Part shown: positions 48,794 to 58,658 of the stretch, piece after piece | Position numbering within the stretch: position 1 is the first letter of the stretch | Layout: each line of letters begins with the position of its first letter | DNA from: Chloroflexota bacterium | GTDB lineage: Bacteria; Chloroflexota; Anaerolineae; UBA2200 | Length of the DNA: 64,000 bases | Reading direction: 5' to 3' | NCBI GenBank assembly: GCA_014360905.1 | Contig: JACIWW010000001.1 | Location: 146,692-210,691, forward strand | Position numbers and translations under genes: made by a program | The notes under the pieces: model-generated | Databases searched by the model: none | What the model was told of the DNA's origin: nothing | The model's input: only the letters and a program-made list of their open reading frames with translations

Positions 48794-49637
48794 CTACAAA
48801 TCCCTTGAAAGGCCCTGGATTTTCCATCTTCAACGAAGTAACAAGAGCAGCAAAGCAACATGCCTCTGCAGGCGAAGAGGTCAGCCTCCGAGCCAGATAG
48901 GCTGCAAAGCACGTATCCCCGCGCCCTGTCCTGCCTTTCAGTTCCCTTGGTGTGAATGGTGCTTCGTATTCCATCCCATCGGCGTAAACCAACACTCCTC
49001 CAGCGTGGGTTAGCACGAGCTCGCGGGGGCCATAGCCAGCCAACTCCCTGGCTGCTGCCTTTAGGTCAGTTTTGCCAGTAAGAACTTGAGCCTCGACATC
49101 GTCCGCTTTGAGAAAATGAACGCAGGAGAGACCATCCACCTTTTGTGGCCAGTCTCTAAAAACCAGTTCGCCTCCTTCACGCACTCGTACAAATCCCTGC
49201 ACGTCCAATGCGACTGGCCCTCTTTCAGCAATTGCCCGTACGAATGGAATATCCACCTCGCCAGCCATGATAGGACCAATCAGCCATATCTTGGCTGCAA
49301 TGGAAGGCACATCAGTCAGACGAAATGGCCCAGCAAAGCCCAAGGGTGTACACACACGTCGGTCCATGTCTGGGCTGAGATACACATTCCGAATACCTGA
49401 ACTCTGCTTTGCAGGCCGGGCAAAAACCAGGATGCCTGCTGCCCTCAATTCATCTAGGCGTGGTAAATCTGCTTTCGCCAGCCGCGTCACAACTGCCACT
49501 TGCAAACCGAGCCGACGCAAGGCAAGCGCACCATAATAGACCGAACCGCCGGAGGCGACCTCTTCATTGCCGCCAAAGACCAGTTCATCCTTGGCGAAAT
49601 GGCCAATGACGGCGATGTCTGCAGAAAAGCGAGCCAT
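48783..49637 (-). CDS. PfkB family carbohydrate kinase
   Basis: MARFSADIAVIGHF... and GRGDTCFAAYLARRL near the C-terminus (PfkB signature 2). The ATG at 49637 leaves a 5-nt gap to the upstream stop; the alternative TTG at 49679 would overlap by 37 nt. Confidence 0.7.
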   Translation of the reverse strand: MARFSADIAVIGHFAKDELVFGGNEEVASGGSVYYGALALRRLGLQVAVVTRLAKADLPRLDELRAAGILVFARPAKQSSGIRNVYLSPDMDRRVCTPLGFAGPFRLTDVPSIAAKIWLIGPIMAGEVDIPFVRAIAERGPVALDVQGFVRVREGGELVFRDWPQKVDGLSCVHFLKADDVEAQVLTGKTDLKAAARELAGYGPRELVLTHAGGVLVYADGMEYEAPFTPRELKGRTGRGDTCFAAYLARRLTSSPAEACCFAALVTSLKMENPGPFKGFVDEM

Positions 49638-49642
49638 TGCGA

Positions 49643-50611
49643 TTAAAATGGATAGGCCAGGGTGTAGATATGCCTCCAACCCTGCTCAAAGGGTTGCTTG
49701 GTCACCGCTTCCAGCTCTTCCGCTGAACGCATCGAGACCATCTCTGCGGGCGGCAACTTCCCTGGTGGGAAGGTCGCCATGATATCCTTGACCAGCTTCT
49801 CCAGATAGTCCAAAAGTGCCTCGACCCCAGCACGTGCCTTCTCGATGTCTGCTAAGGTAGCCTTTCCCACCACTCCTGGTTGATAAGCCGCTACCTCGAT
49901 CGGGCCGCACCCAGCATGTCCATACCAGGCGATAGGGCGTTGCAGGAGGTTGCCGGCTTTATCAATGTGCCCCTCGGGGAGAAAGCCAAGTGGCTTGGTA
50001 TCTACTGCGTCCTCCATTTTCACATACTCTGGCAAGAGTGCCAGCGACCAGCTAGTCTCCACTTCATCAGCGTGGATAAAGTTGGTCTCGTAAGGACCTC
50101 CTTGCCCCTTCGTCTTGAGGTATGCAGGAATGGCATGGTACCAGTTGACATTGACGAAAATCCCTGGCACCTGGAACGTCTTGGCAAACTGATGAATGGC
50201 GGTTGGGATTACGTATTCCTGACCATGGCCATTCAGTAGGATCTGTTTGCGAAATCCGGCATTCCAAAAGCCAGCCATGATCGCCTTCAACATGCCAATA
50301 AAGTACTCCTCAGGGACAACAATCGTCCCAGGCATGCCCACGTGATGATAAGGGTGCGAGCCAAACCACAGCGGTTGGGAAATAGTGCAGCCAGTAGCGA
50401 GAGCCACCTGCTCTGCCATGCGGGTGACTAGAAAGGTGTCCTCCCCATAAGGTGCATGTGGCCCATGAGCCTCCGTAGACCCAATAGGAATGATAATGAG
50501 GTCGCAGGTCTTGAGACGCTGCTCAATCTCTTTCCCTGTCATGTTCTGGAAATAGAGACCATTAGCATGTTCCATATGCCCACCCTGTGGTGGAATTTGC
50601 CATTTACCCAT
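49643..50611 (-). CDS. Creatininase family amidohydrolase
   Basis: IIPIGSTEAHGPHAPYGEDT is the family metal-binding motif. ATG with RBS AAAGGAGGAAG. Confidence 0.7.
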   Translation of the reverse strand: MGKWQIPPQGGHMEHANGLYFQNMTGKEIEQRLKTCDLIIIPIGSTEAHGPHAPYGEDTFLVTRMAEQVALATGCTISQPLWFGSHPYHHVGMPGTIVVPEEYFIGMLKAIMAGFWNAGFRKQILLNGHGQEYVIPTAIHQFAKTFQVPGIFVNVNWYHAIPAYLKTKGQGGPYETNFIHADEVETSWSLALLPEYVKMEDAVDTKPLGFLPEGHIDKAGNLLQRPIAWYGHAGCGPIEVAAYQPGVVGKATLADIEKARAGVEALLDYLEKLVKDIMATFPPGKLPPAEMVSMRSAEELEAVTKQPFEQGWRHIYTLAYPF

Positions 50612-50722
50612 TGTTCTCTTCCTCCTTTTAATCATCCTTGATCGCTTATCTCATAGACTCACAGAGCCCAAGAACAACTCCAGTAAATTGTGAAAGGATT
50701 GCCTAAGAGAGATTGCAGGTTA

Positions 50723-51610
50723 TTAGCCAGCCCGCAGATACCTTGTCTGGATTAATGCATTGACTGCTTCGATGTCTCTACGGAAAGGACCTTCCGCTTC
50801 CATCTTCAAGCTGGTCACAGCAGCTGCCCAGATGGTAGCCTCAGGTGGGGATGCTGCCAACCGTTTGCAGACATAGCTGGCAATGCAGGTATCACCCCGC
50901 CCACTGCGGCCAACTAATTTGTGTGGGAAAAAACCGGCCTGATAGAACTGCCCATCGGCATAGACCAGTACGCCATCTCGATGGGTGAGGACAATCTCGC
51001 GGGGACCAAGTTCCGCAATCATCCGCGCCGCTGTCCGCAAGTCAGATTCACCGGTCAGCAATTCTGCCTCTACAGCATCAGCTTTGAGCACATCGAGGCA
51101 AGCGAGCACCTGTTCCTTTTCAGACCATGGCGCAGGGACGAGCACGCCATCCTGCACTATGCGGATGAAACTCTGCACATCAGCGACGAGGAGTGTATCC
51201 TTCTGTCGTAGCTCCTGGATGACGTCCAAGCCAACCTCACCCCGCATGGATGCGCCAATGAGGATAGCTCGCGCTTGTAGGAATTTGACTTCCTCAGGAG
51301 TGAATGGACCGGCAGAACTGGTGACGTAGATGGTGCGCTGATCCACATTGTTGCTGGGATATTCCAAGCGCAGACAAGTGGAAAAGGAGGTGAAACGCAC
51401 AAAAACATCCACGCCCAAGCGCTTTAACGCTTCTACTACATGAAAATTTTCCCTAGCCAAGCGGGTAACGACAGCGGCATACAGCCCCATCCTGGCAGCG
51501 ACATTGGCGCCATAGTTACAGGCACCGCCATCTACAACTCTCGTACCTGCCGCAGAAACAATAGTGTCTTTGGTGTAATGGCCAATGAAGGCTACATCGT
51601 ATTGTTTCAT
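50723..51610 (-). CDS. PfkB family carbohydrate kinase (second paralog)
   Basis: MKQYDVAFIGHYTKD... and GRSGRGDTCIASYV. Confidence 0.75.
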   Translation of the reverse strand: MKQYDVAFIGHYTKDTIVSAAGTRVVDGGACNYGANVAARMGLYAAVVTRLARENFHVVEALKRLGVDVFVRFTSFSTCLRLEYPSNNVDQRTIYVTSSAGPFTPEEVKFLQARAILIGASMRGEVGLDVIQELRQKDTLLVADVQSFIRIVQDGVLVPAPWSEKEQVLACLDVLKADAVEAELLTGESDLRTAARMIAELGPREIVLTHRDGVLVYADGQFYQAGFFPHKLVGRSGRGDTCIASYVCKRLAASPPEATIWAAAVTSLKMEAEGPFRRDIEAVNALIQTRYLRAG

Positions 51611-51613
51611 CGT

Positions 51614-52684
51614 CTATTCTAATATCACGCGACAGCATGCCTCTGGTAGGCACACTTTTACTGTTTCCCCAGCTTTGAAACGCACCTTGCCGTCGGTTTG
51701 TACTCTGACCTGTACCCCTTCACCCACAACCACGCGGTAGTCAATCGTATCGCCTAAGTACGTCAGCTTGTTGACCACTCCTTCGAATGTATTGACTGGT
51801 CTCTCAAAATCAGCAGGAAAGAGTTGAACATCGTTGGGACGGATGAAAACCAACAGATCCTGTCCCACCTGCGTCCCTTCTGTAGCAGGCACCAACAGTT
51901 TGATGTGATTGACCGCGACCACGGCCATCCCTTGCTCCAAAGAGAGAACTCGGCCACGGATGAAATTGGACAGCCCGATGAAATCAGCCACGAACTTGGA
52001 GCGAGGCGATTCGTAGATTTCATCAGGCGTTCCTACCTGCTCGATACGACCTGCATTCATCACTGCTACCCGGTCGGAAAGGGCTAAGGCTTCTGCTTGG
52101 TCATGGGTCACATAGACCGCAGTAATGCCCAGACGTCCAATCAAATCTCTGATCTCGAAGCGCATCTCCTCGCGCAGCTTGGCATCCAGATTGGACAGGG
52201 GCTCGTCGAGGAGCAGCACCTTGGGATGATAAACCAGTGCTCTGGCCAACCCCACCCGTTGTTGCTGTCCACCCGAAAGCTGACGCGGATAGTGTCGCGC
52301 ATAGGATTCCATGCGAATCAGGTGCAGTGCGCTCATCACCATCTCGCGCCGTTGCGCTTGGGACATGCGTCGGATCATCAGCGGGAACTCGACATTCTCA
52401 TAGACAGTCATGTGTGGGAACAGGGCAAAATTCTGGAAGACCATGCCTAGTTCGCGCTTATGGGTAGGTACATCTGTCACATCCACTCCATCAATGAAGA
52501 CGCGCCCTTCATCTGGCATGACCTGTCCAGTGATGCAGCGCAGAGCAGTTGTCTTCCCACAGCCGGACGGACCCAGCAAAGTCATCAATTCGCCGCGCCG
52601 GACCGAGAGATTGACATTGGCATTGGCGACTATAGAGCCGTAACGCTTGGTTACGTTCTGCAACACGATCATATAGTCACTCAT
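51614..52684 (-). CDS. ABC transporter ATP-binding protein (PotA/MalK-like, with C-terminal TOBE-like domain)
   Basis: Walker A GPSGCGKTT, the ABC signature LSGGQQQRVGLARAL, and Walker B LLLDEPLS. Confidence 0.85.
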   Translation of the reverse strand: MSDYMIVLQNVTKRYGSIVANANVNLSVRRGELMTLLGPSGCGKTTALRCITGQVMPDEGRVFIDGVDVTDVPTHKRELGMVFQNFALFPHMTVYENVEFPLMIRRMSQAQRREMVMSALHLIRMESYARHYPRQLSGGQQQRVGLARALVYHPKVLLLDEPLSNLDAKLREEMRFEIRDLIGRLGITAVYVTHDQAEALALSDRVAVMNAGRIEQVGTPDEIYESPRSKFVADFIGLSNFIRGRVLSLEQGMAVVAVNHIKLLVPATEGTQVGQDLLVFIRPNDVQLFPADFERPVNTFEGVVNKLTYLGDTIDYRVVVGEGVQVRVQTDGKVRFKAGETVKVCLPEACCRVILE

Positions 52685-52685
52685 C

Positions 52686-53525
52686 TCATACTCCCTTGAA
52701 CCCTCCCACCAGTTTCTCCGGTTGTACCTGCCGTTGCACCATGAACAGCACGAATAGGGAGGGAATGATCAGAATAATGGATAGGGCACTGGTCACTTCC
52801 CAGTACCCCTCACCTACCGCCAGATAAGTACGCACAGGCAGAGTGATGGTGTGTGGGCCATAGGTCATCAAGGTCAGGGTGAATTCGTTGTAAGAAGTCG
52901 TGAAGGTGAAGATGATGGACGACAGGATACCTGGCAAGACCATAGGGAGGGTAACATGGAAAAAGGTCCGCAGTTGGTTTGCTCCACACACCGCTGAGGC
53001 TTCCAAAACACGCTCATCCAAACCCTCGAAAGTAGAGGATAACACCAGAATTGCATAAGGAGCGCAAATAGCCACATGTGCCAAAGCAACCCCAAGGTGC
53101 GTGTCCACCAGGTGCAGGCGGTAGAAAATCTGGGCAATGCCCAGTGCATACGCTATGGGTGGAATCATGCGCGGCAACAAGATAATGGATGTGAGCACTT
53201 CTTTGGCTGGCACCTTGCGACGCCCAAGCGCCCAACCTGTCGGCAGAGCAATAAGGGTAGAAATAGTTACCGCTATCGCTGCGATGATCAAGGTATTGCT
53301 CAACACTTGCGGGATATTGGCAATGGTCAACGCCCACCTATACCAATCCAGCGTGAACTCTGGAGGGAGCCATCGCTTGCCAAACCAGTTCCTTCCTACG
53401 GACTTGAACAAAATGAGCAAGAAAGGCGATGTAATCCAGAGGAAGAAGCTCCACAGGAAAGTATAGACAAGGACTTTTTTCTGATTGACCAAGGCATGCC
53501 AGTAACGTCTTGCTAGGGTTGTCAT
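52686..53525 (-). CDS. ABC transporter permease (PotC-like)
   Basis: EAA loop EASAVCGANQLRTFFHVTLP. Six predicted TM segments. Confidence 0.8.
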   Translation of the reverse strand: MTTLARRYWHALVNQKKVLVYTFLWSFFLWITSPFLLILFKSVGRNWFGKRWLPPEFTLDWYRWALTIANIPQVLSNTLIIAAIAVTISTLIALPTGWALGRRKVPAKEVLTSIILLPRMIPPIAYALGIAQIFYRLHLVDTHLGVALAHVAICAPYAILVLSSTFEGLDERVLEASAVCGANQLRTFFHVTLPMVLPGILSSIIFTFTTSYNEFTLTLMTYGPHTITLPVRTYLAVGEGYWEVTSALSIILIIPSLFVLFMVQRQVQPEKLVGGFKGV

Positions 53526-54370
53526 GTCAGAGGCTTCCTCAAGATGCGCATATACAGGGCTAAGAAAATGACTTGCAGCGTAGCCATGATCACGGCCATA
53601 GCACTAGCAGCAGACCAACGTGCTGGTATAAAGATCCCAATTTGTTTGTAAATCGCAACTGACAAGGGGCGATAGTTCCCGCCTGTAATCAGAGGAATGC
53701 TGAACGCACCAAAGGCAGCCATGAAGGTGAGCACCGAGCCAGAGAGGATGCCCGGCATAATGAGCGGGATCACGACATAGCGCAGCACCTGCCAGGGAGT
53801 TGCCCCAGCAACCCTGGCTGCTTCCTCAAAAGCAGGATCCAACCCCTCCAGCGTAGATAGCGTAGTGACCGCTGTGTAGGAGAAATAATGCCATACGTAA
53901 AAGATCACCAAGCCAGCCAAGGTATAGTTGACCGTCAACGGGGCTTTGAACCCAAACACTTGAAGCAGGAGCAGGTTAAACCAGCCTCGACTGCCCCAGA
54001 ATAGCAAAAGCCCCAGCGCTCCAATCAAACCAGGCACGGTGATTGGTATCAGAATAGTCAGACGAAACAGACGATGTCCGGCTGGCTTGCGTCGCAGCAG
54101 CAATGCCAGTGGCACGGACAGAATGATGGACAAAATTGTGGATGCAACGGCCAAGAAAAAGGTAAGCCAGATGATGCGCCTGAAATCAGGATCGCTGAGA
54201 AAGGTGGCGTAATTCATCACTGTCCAGCCAGAGGCCTGTCCTTCAGGACGAAAACTACGGACTATGGTGACCACCATGGGGTAGAAGAACAGGCCAAAGA
54301 ATCCTGCCAATCCAGGTGACAGCAACAAAAAGGTGATAATGTTCTGCCTTTTATTGGCGAAATTGTGCAT
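53522..54370 (-). CDS. ABC transporter permease (PotB-like)
   Basis: EAA loop EEAARVAGATPWQVLRYVVIPL. Overlaps the downstream start. Confidence 0.8.
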   Translation of the reverse strand: MHNFANKRQNIITFLLLSPGLAGFFGLFFYPMVVTIVRSFRPEGQASGWTVMNYATFLSDPDFRRIIWLTFFLAVASTILSIILSVPLALLLRRKPAGHRLFRLTILIPITVPGLIGALGLLLFWGSRGWFNLLLLQVFGFKAPLTVNYTLAGLVIFYVWHYFSYTAVTTLSTLEGLDPAFEEAARVAGATPWQVLRYVVIPLIMPGILSGSVLTFMAAFGAFSIPLITGGNYRPLSVAIYKQIGIFIPARWSAASAMAVIMATLQVIFLALYMRILRKPLT

Positions 54371-54398
54371 AGTGAGTGTTTTCCTCTTGCGCCCTTGA

Positions 54399-54434
54399 GA
54401 GCAGCCTGGGCTGTTTCCCCAGCCCAGGCTGCTC
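54399..54434 (-). promoter_or_regulatory. Strong intercistronic hairpin (15-bp perfect stem GAGCAGCCTGGGCTG / CAGCCCAGGCTGCTC) between the SBP and permease genes
   Basis: Perfect inverted repeat with a 6-nt loop in the 78-nt gap downstream of the SBP stop. This is the typical position of an attenuator or partial terminator that lets the SBP be over-expressed relative to the permeases. Confidence 0.45.
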
Positions 54435-54448
54435 CGTTGGCCGCAGGG

Positions 54449-55687
54449 CTACTGGCCAAGCAGGACCTTGGGGCCTTCCGTCTTGATCCAGTCGGTAACC
54501 TCTTTGTTGGAAAGGCGGACACGGTACGCTTCTACTTCTTCCCACTTGGGGATCTTGCGCCAGACGACATCCGGGATCTTGTCCCAGATTTCCGTGCCGG
54601 TATACTGCCACATCGTGGTGATCAGGCGGATCTGCTGGTCATCCGAAAGCAGATAATTGATGACCTTCATGGCCACAGGCTTGTACGGTTCAGAGATATT
54701 GCCCGGGATGGCCAGGTAGCCATCCGAGCCTGCCGGCAGCCCATCGCTAAGCGCAGCTGCTGCAAGCGTTGGCGGCATGGTCCCCTGGCTGATAGACCAC
54801 AGAGAATAATCCATAGCGTACACTGCGATCCAGGTATCACCAGCGTTAAAATCCTCAAACATGTTCGTTGGCTCGTTGGCGATCTTGCAGTAAGTCAGGA
54901 AATCTTTCAGTTTGTCCACTGCTTCCTGGAACTCGGGCTTTGCCTGCAGTTCTGCCAACGGGATGGGCTTGTCCTGGGCATCTGTGAGTGGGACATACGC
55001 ATTGAGGAAGCTGTACGGCAGGCTGCGGCCGGAGCCAGATTTGGAATCGGGGCGCATCCAGCCGATATGACCCTTCCACTCTGCACGCCGCTCGTAAAAT
55101 TCCTTCCAAGACTTGGGCGGATTCTTGACGTACTCGGTGTTATAAATCAGCGTATATTGGCTGCGCCAGTAGAGTGCGCCCGTGCCTTGGATGTCCACAC
55201 CCTGCGCCAGTTCGAGGTAATCCTCGCGGCACTTGGTCAGATTCGGGATCTCTCCCTTGAGATCAGGCCATAGCTTGACCAAGGAGATTCCCTGCTGCAC
55301 CATATTGGCAATGTGCTCGGGCTTGACGAACAGCAAGTGCACATCGCCCTTGCCCGCTTCCCAAGCCTTCATGCGCTCGATCAGCTCTGATTCACTGCCC
55401 ACTACATAGTTAACTTTCACCCCCAATTGCTCCTGGATGGAGGGGATGACCACGTTCTGCCAGTACCATTGGAAATTGGCACCGGAGTTGGTATCTACCA
55501 TGGTGATCTCTGTTGGCGCTGGCGGTGGGGGTGTCGGCGTGATGGGAACAACCACCGTCTCCTTGACAACCTGAGTCTCCCTTTGGACAATGACCTGCGG
55601 TGTAGGTGTAGGAGATGGTGCGCATGAAACCACGAGAGCGGCCACAACCAAGATCAAAACGAATAGTCTCCACATTTTGTTGCCCAT
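54449..55687 (-). CDS. ABC transporter substrate-binding lipoprotein (family 1, PotD/AfuA-like)
   Basis: Signal plus lipobox ...VVSCAPSPTPTP followed by a Pro/Thr linker. 412 aa. Confidence 0.8.
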   Translation of the reverse strand: MGNKMWRLFVLILVVAALVVSCAPSPTPTPQVIVQRETQVVKETVVVPITPTPPPPAPTEITMVDTNSGANFQWYWQNVVIPSIQEQLGVKVNYVVGSESELIERMKAWEAGKGDVHLLFVKPEHIANMVQQGISLVKLWPDLKGEIPNLTKCREDYLELAQGVDIQGTGALYWRSQYTLIYNTEYVKNPPKSWKEFYERRAEWKGHIGWMRPDSKSGSGRSLPYSFLNAYVPLTDAQDKPIPLAELQAKPEFQEAVDKLKDFLTYCKIANEPTNMFEDFNAGDTWIAVYAMDYSLWSISQGTMPPTLAAAALSDGLPAGSDGYLAIPGNISEPYKPVAMKVINYLLSDDQQIRLITTMWQYTGTEIWDKIPDVVWRKIPKWEEVEAYRVRLSNKEVTDWIKTEGPKVLLGQ

Positions 55688-55895
55688 TTGCTTTCCTCCT
55701 CGAAAGATTGGAATGGTAAGGCTAGAAACCCAGCCTCAAAAACCCTCCACAGATGATCCCTATCTTTCTGCCCACCTCCTTTCCTGTAATACTTTTCTCG
55801 GGAAATCCTTCTGGCCATTGTCTTGCTGCCTATTTTCAATTATAGCATCTACAGACAAGCGTAACAAATTCTCTCCATTTAGGCTGCTCTGCCTT

Positions 55896-56732
55896 TTATG
55901 CCACTTCAAAGTACGGGCTTAGCACACGCAATGCGGCTGCCCGTGCCGCGGCAGCTAGTTCACTTGGTTCACGTTCCCAATACTCTGGACGAAACAGTTC
56001 GACAGAACAAAGGCCATCGAACCCAATTCGCTTGAGCTGCGCTAAGATGTCATTCAACGGGATCACACCCTCCCCGGGCAGCAAGCGATAGGCATCCTCA
56101 ATCGAATCCTTCGGACGATCTTCTACATCGTTGATATGAAAGATGAAGATTTTTTGGGGCGATACCTCTGCGATGGAGTCTAGAGACGAGTCTCCAGCAT
56201 AGAAATGGCAGGTATCAATCACAAGACCTACATTGGGTAGAGCCGTTTCCTGAACAATCTCCCAGCACTGCTCCAGAGTCCGCACCGAGCACCAAGGGAA
56301 ACCCAAGAACTCAAAAGCCAATTTGACTCCATACGGCTCGGCTATAGCGGCTAGTTCCCGTAGCACATTGACCGATTCCGTCCGTATCTCCGCCCTGCTG
56401 ACTTGGCCTTTGGGTGTCGGGCTTGGTACTACCACGATCTTATCGCATCCCACCTCATGTGCCCACGCGCAGAGTTGTTGACAGCGGGAAGTGATCTGCG
56501 CATGCTCATGCTCAGGACGGAAGGTGATGAATTCAATCGAATTGATACTGGCGGGAAGGATCGCACGCTGACTGAGGAGCGTGCTCAATTCTTCACAGCG
56601 ATGATCTCGCAGATAGTCATCCAGTTTCGCCGCCCAAATCTCCAATGCTTTGAAGCCAGCCGCACTTGCGGCAGCGATATCCATAGGCAAGTCAGCTTTC
56701 ATTGTAGTAGCGCCGTTGAGACCTAGTAGCAT
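55896..56732 (-). CDS. Sugar phosphate isomerase/epimerase (xylose isomerase-like TIM barrel)
   Basis: MLLGLNGATT... start with RBS GGAAAGGAAAG. The ORF-track 5' extension to 56906 would overlap the upstream gene by 170 nt and is rejected. Confidence 0.7.
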   Translation of the reverse strand: MLLGLNGATTMKADLPMDIAAASAAGFKALEIWAAKLDDYLRDHRCEELSTLLSQRAILPASINSIEFITFRPEHEHAQITSRCQQLCAWAHEVGCDKIVVVPSPTPKGQVSRAEIRTESVNVLRELAAIAEPYGVKLAFEFLGFPWCSVRTLEQCWEIVQETALPNVGLVIDTCHFYAGDSSLDSIAEVSPQKIFIFHINDVEDRPKDSIEDAYRLLPGEGVIPLNDILAQLKRIGFDGLCSVELFRPEYWEREPSELAAAARAAALRVLSPYFEVA

Positions 56733-56736
56733 AGCC

Positions 56737-57567
56737 CTAGCTTTCCTTTCCCCACACGATGTTCTCATAAGCACGCAGTAACTCGAGCGATTCCGCCACA
56801 TATCCCCACACTTCTTCCCGCCACCCTTGACCCTTGACTGGAGTGAACGGATCAGGCCCCGCAGCAGTGCACTCGATGATGATAGAGTCATTGTAGCCAA
56901 CTTCACGGAGCGTGCGCATTAGTCCGATAAAGTCCGTATGTCCTCGTCCAACTGCCTGCCGATTGGAATCCGCAGCATGGAAGAGAAAAAGGTGCGTCCC
57001 AACCGATAGGATAGCTGAGCGCAGATCTGCCTCCTCGATGTTCATGTGGTAGGCATCGAGCAGAATGCCAACGTTTTCCATATCCACTTCTTCGATGAAG
57101 CGCAGCGCCTCCTGCGCTGTGTTCAGTAGATGAGCCTCATAGCGGTTGAGCACCTCCATGGCGATCTTCAGCCCATATTGTTGAGCCCGCTGCGCAATGA
57201 GGCGCACTGCCTCCGCAAAGATATCTCGCTCTTCCCAATAACTCGTCACAGCTCGTACACGTCCCACCGCACCATGACAGCAGACAATGGGATTCCCCAG
57301 CGAGCTGGCCAGGTCCAGCAAACGACAATAATAGTCGAGTGCTGCCTGGCGAATGCCGTCATCTGGATGGGCTAAATCCACGTTCTCCGGTGTGAGGGAG
57401 AGAACCTTTAGTCCTTGTCCATTCAGCACTGCGTTGACCTCACGAGCATCAACACGCGCGAGATCGCCCAGCAACTCCACTCCATCGTAGCCAAGGGACG
57501 CTAACCTGGCCGCTATCTCTGCTAAAGACTCATCCCCGAATATCCATGTACAGACGCCATAACGCAT
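56737..57567 (-). CDS. Sugar phosphate isomerase/epimerase (xylose isomerase-like TIM barrel, third paralog)
   Basis: MRYGVCTWIFG..., LGYDGVEL and HAADSNRQAVG. ATG with RBS GGAGAGGA. Confidence 0.7.
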   Translation of the reverse strand: MRYGVCTWIFGDESLAEIAARLASLGYDGVELLGDLARVDAREVNAVLNGQGLKVLSLTPENVDLAHPDDGIRQAALDYYCRLLDLASSLGNPIVCCHGAVGRVRAVTSYWEERDIFAEAVRLIAQRAQQYGLKIAMEVLNRYEAHLLNTAQEALRFIEEVDMENVGILLDAYHMNIEEADLRSAILSVGTHLFLFHAADSNRQAVGRGHTDFIGLMRTLREVGYNDSIIIECTAAGPDPFTPVKGQGWREEVWGYVAESLELLRAYENIVWGKES

Positions 57568-57574
57568 CCAAGAC

Positions 57575-58609
57575 CTATCCTCTCCCCATTGCTGGATCAA
57601 TCTCGCTCAACCTGACTGGACGGTTCTCGGCATAGGATTTGCCCGCCGCATAACCCATGACCACAGGGACGCGCGCATCCAGCCCTGTAACGGGTGGTTC
57701 TCTGTCCTGCTGAATGCACTCAATGAACGCTTGCATCTCAGCAATGTAAGAATCCGTGTACCGCTCGATGAAGAAGAACAGAGGCAGCGAAGAATGAACG
57801 CCTGTGGCTGTGCTCCACTCCGCCGTATCAGGTTTTTTGTTGGAAACGATAACCACGCCCCCGGACCCAAAAACCTCGACGCGTTGATCATAGCCATACA
57901 CCGCTCGACGGCTGTTGTCTATGGAGCCGATAGCTCCGCTGTCAAAACGGAGGGTGATGAGCGCAGTATCAATATCGCCTGCCTTGCCAATCGCTGGGTC
58001 TACCATCACACCGCCCGTGGCATATAACTCGGTTACTTCGCTTTGCATCAAATAGCGCGCCATGTCAAAGTCATGGATGGTCATGTCCAGAAAGATGCCC
58101 CCCGAGCGCTTCACGTATTCGATGGGCGGTGGTTGCGGATCGCGGCTGGTGATGCGCAGGATATGAGGTGAGCCAATCTCGCCTGCGGCGACGAGTTCGC
58201 GCGCGCGCTTGAAATTGGCATCGAAACGGCGATTGAAGCCAATCTGTAGCTTGACTCCCGCTTTCTCCACAGCAGCCAGCACACGGTCAATGCGCGCTAG
58301 GTTGAAATCGAGCGGTTTTTCGCAAAACACGTGCTTTCCTGCCGCAGCGGCTTCTTCGACGATCTGCGCATGGGTATCCGTGCTGCTGCAAACGATCACA
58401 GCCTCGATGTCTGGATTGTCCAGCAGGGTGCGATAATCTTGGCAAGCAGTGGGGCATTGGCAATCTGCAGCGCATTTTTCGGCAGCCTCGAGAGCAATGT
58501 CTGCGATGGCGATGAGCCGAGCATGGGGGACACGGAAAGCCAGATTCTGTGCATGCAGCCTGCCAATGCGGCCAGCACCGATCACTGCAACGTTAACTTT
58601 CTGTGGCAT
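57575..58609 (-). CDS. Gfo/Idh/MocA family oxidoreductase (inositol 2-dehydrogenase-like)
   Basis: VNVAVIGAGRIGRLHAQNL at the N-terminus is the Rossmann motif, and EKP at about residue 95 is typical of the family. Confidence 0.85.
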   Translation of the reverse strand: MPQKVNVAVIGAGRIGRLHAQNLAFRVPHARLIAIADIALEAAEKCAADCQCPTACQDYRTLLDNPDIEAVIVCSSTDTHAQIVEEAAAAGKHVFCEKPLDFNLARIDRVLAAVEKAGVKLQIGFNRRFDANFKRARELVAAGEIGSPHILRITSRDPQPPPIEYVKRSGGIFLDMTIHDFDMARYLMQSEVTELYATGGVMVDPAIGKAGDIDTALITLRFDSGAIGSIDNSRRAVYGYDQRVEVFGSGGVVIVSNKKPDTAEWSTATGVHSSLPLFFFIERYTDSYIAEMQAFIECIQQDREPPVTGLDARVPVVMGYAAGKSYAENRPVRLSEIDPAMGRG

Positions 58610-58658
58610 GTTCTCCTCCCGCTGTGAAAAGAGATTGCTTAGACCCGATATCCTGCCC

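Noticed and set aside
56733-56906. N-terminal extension of the TIM-barrel isomerase ORF (to 56906)
   Set aside because: It would overlap the upstream isomerase gene. The ATG at 56732 has RBS GGAAAGGAAAG and gives a typical roughly 278-aa xylose-isomerase-like protein.
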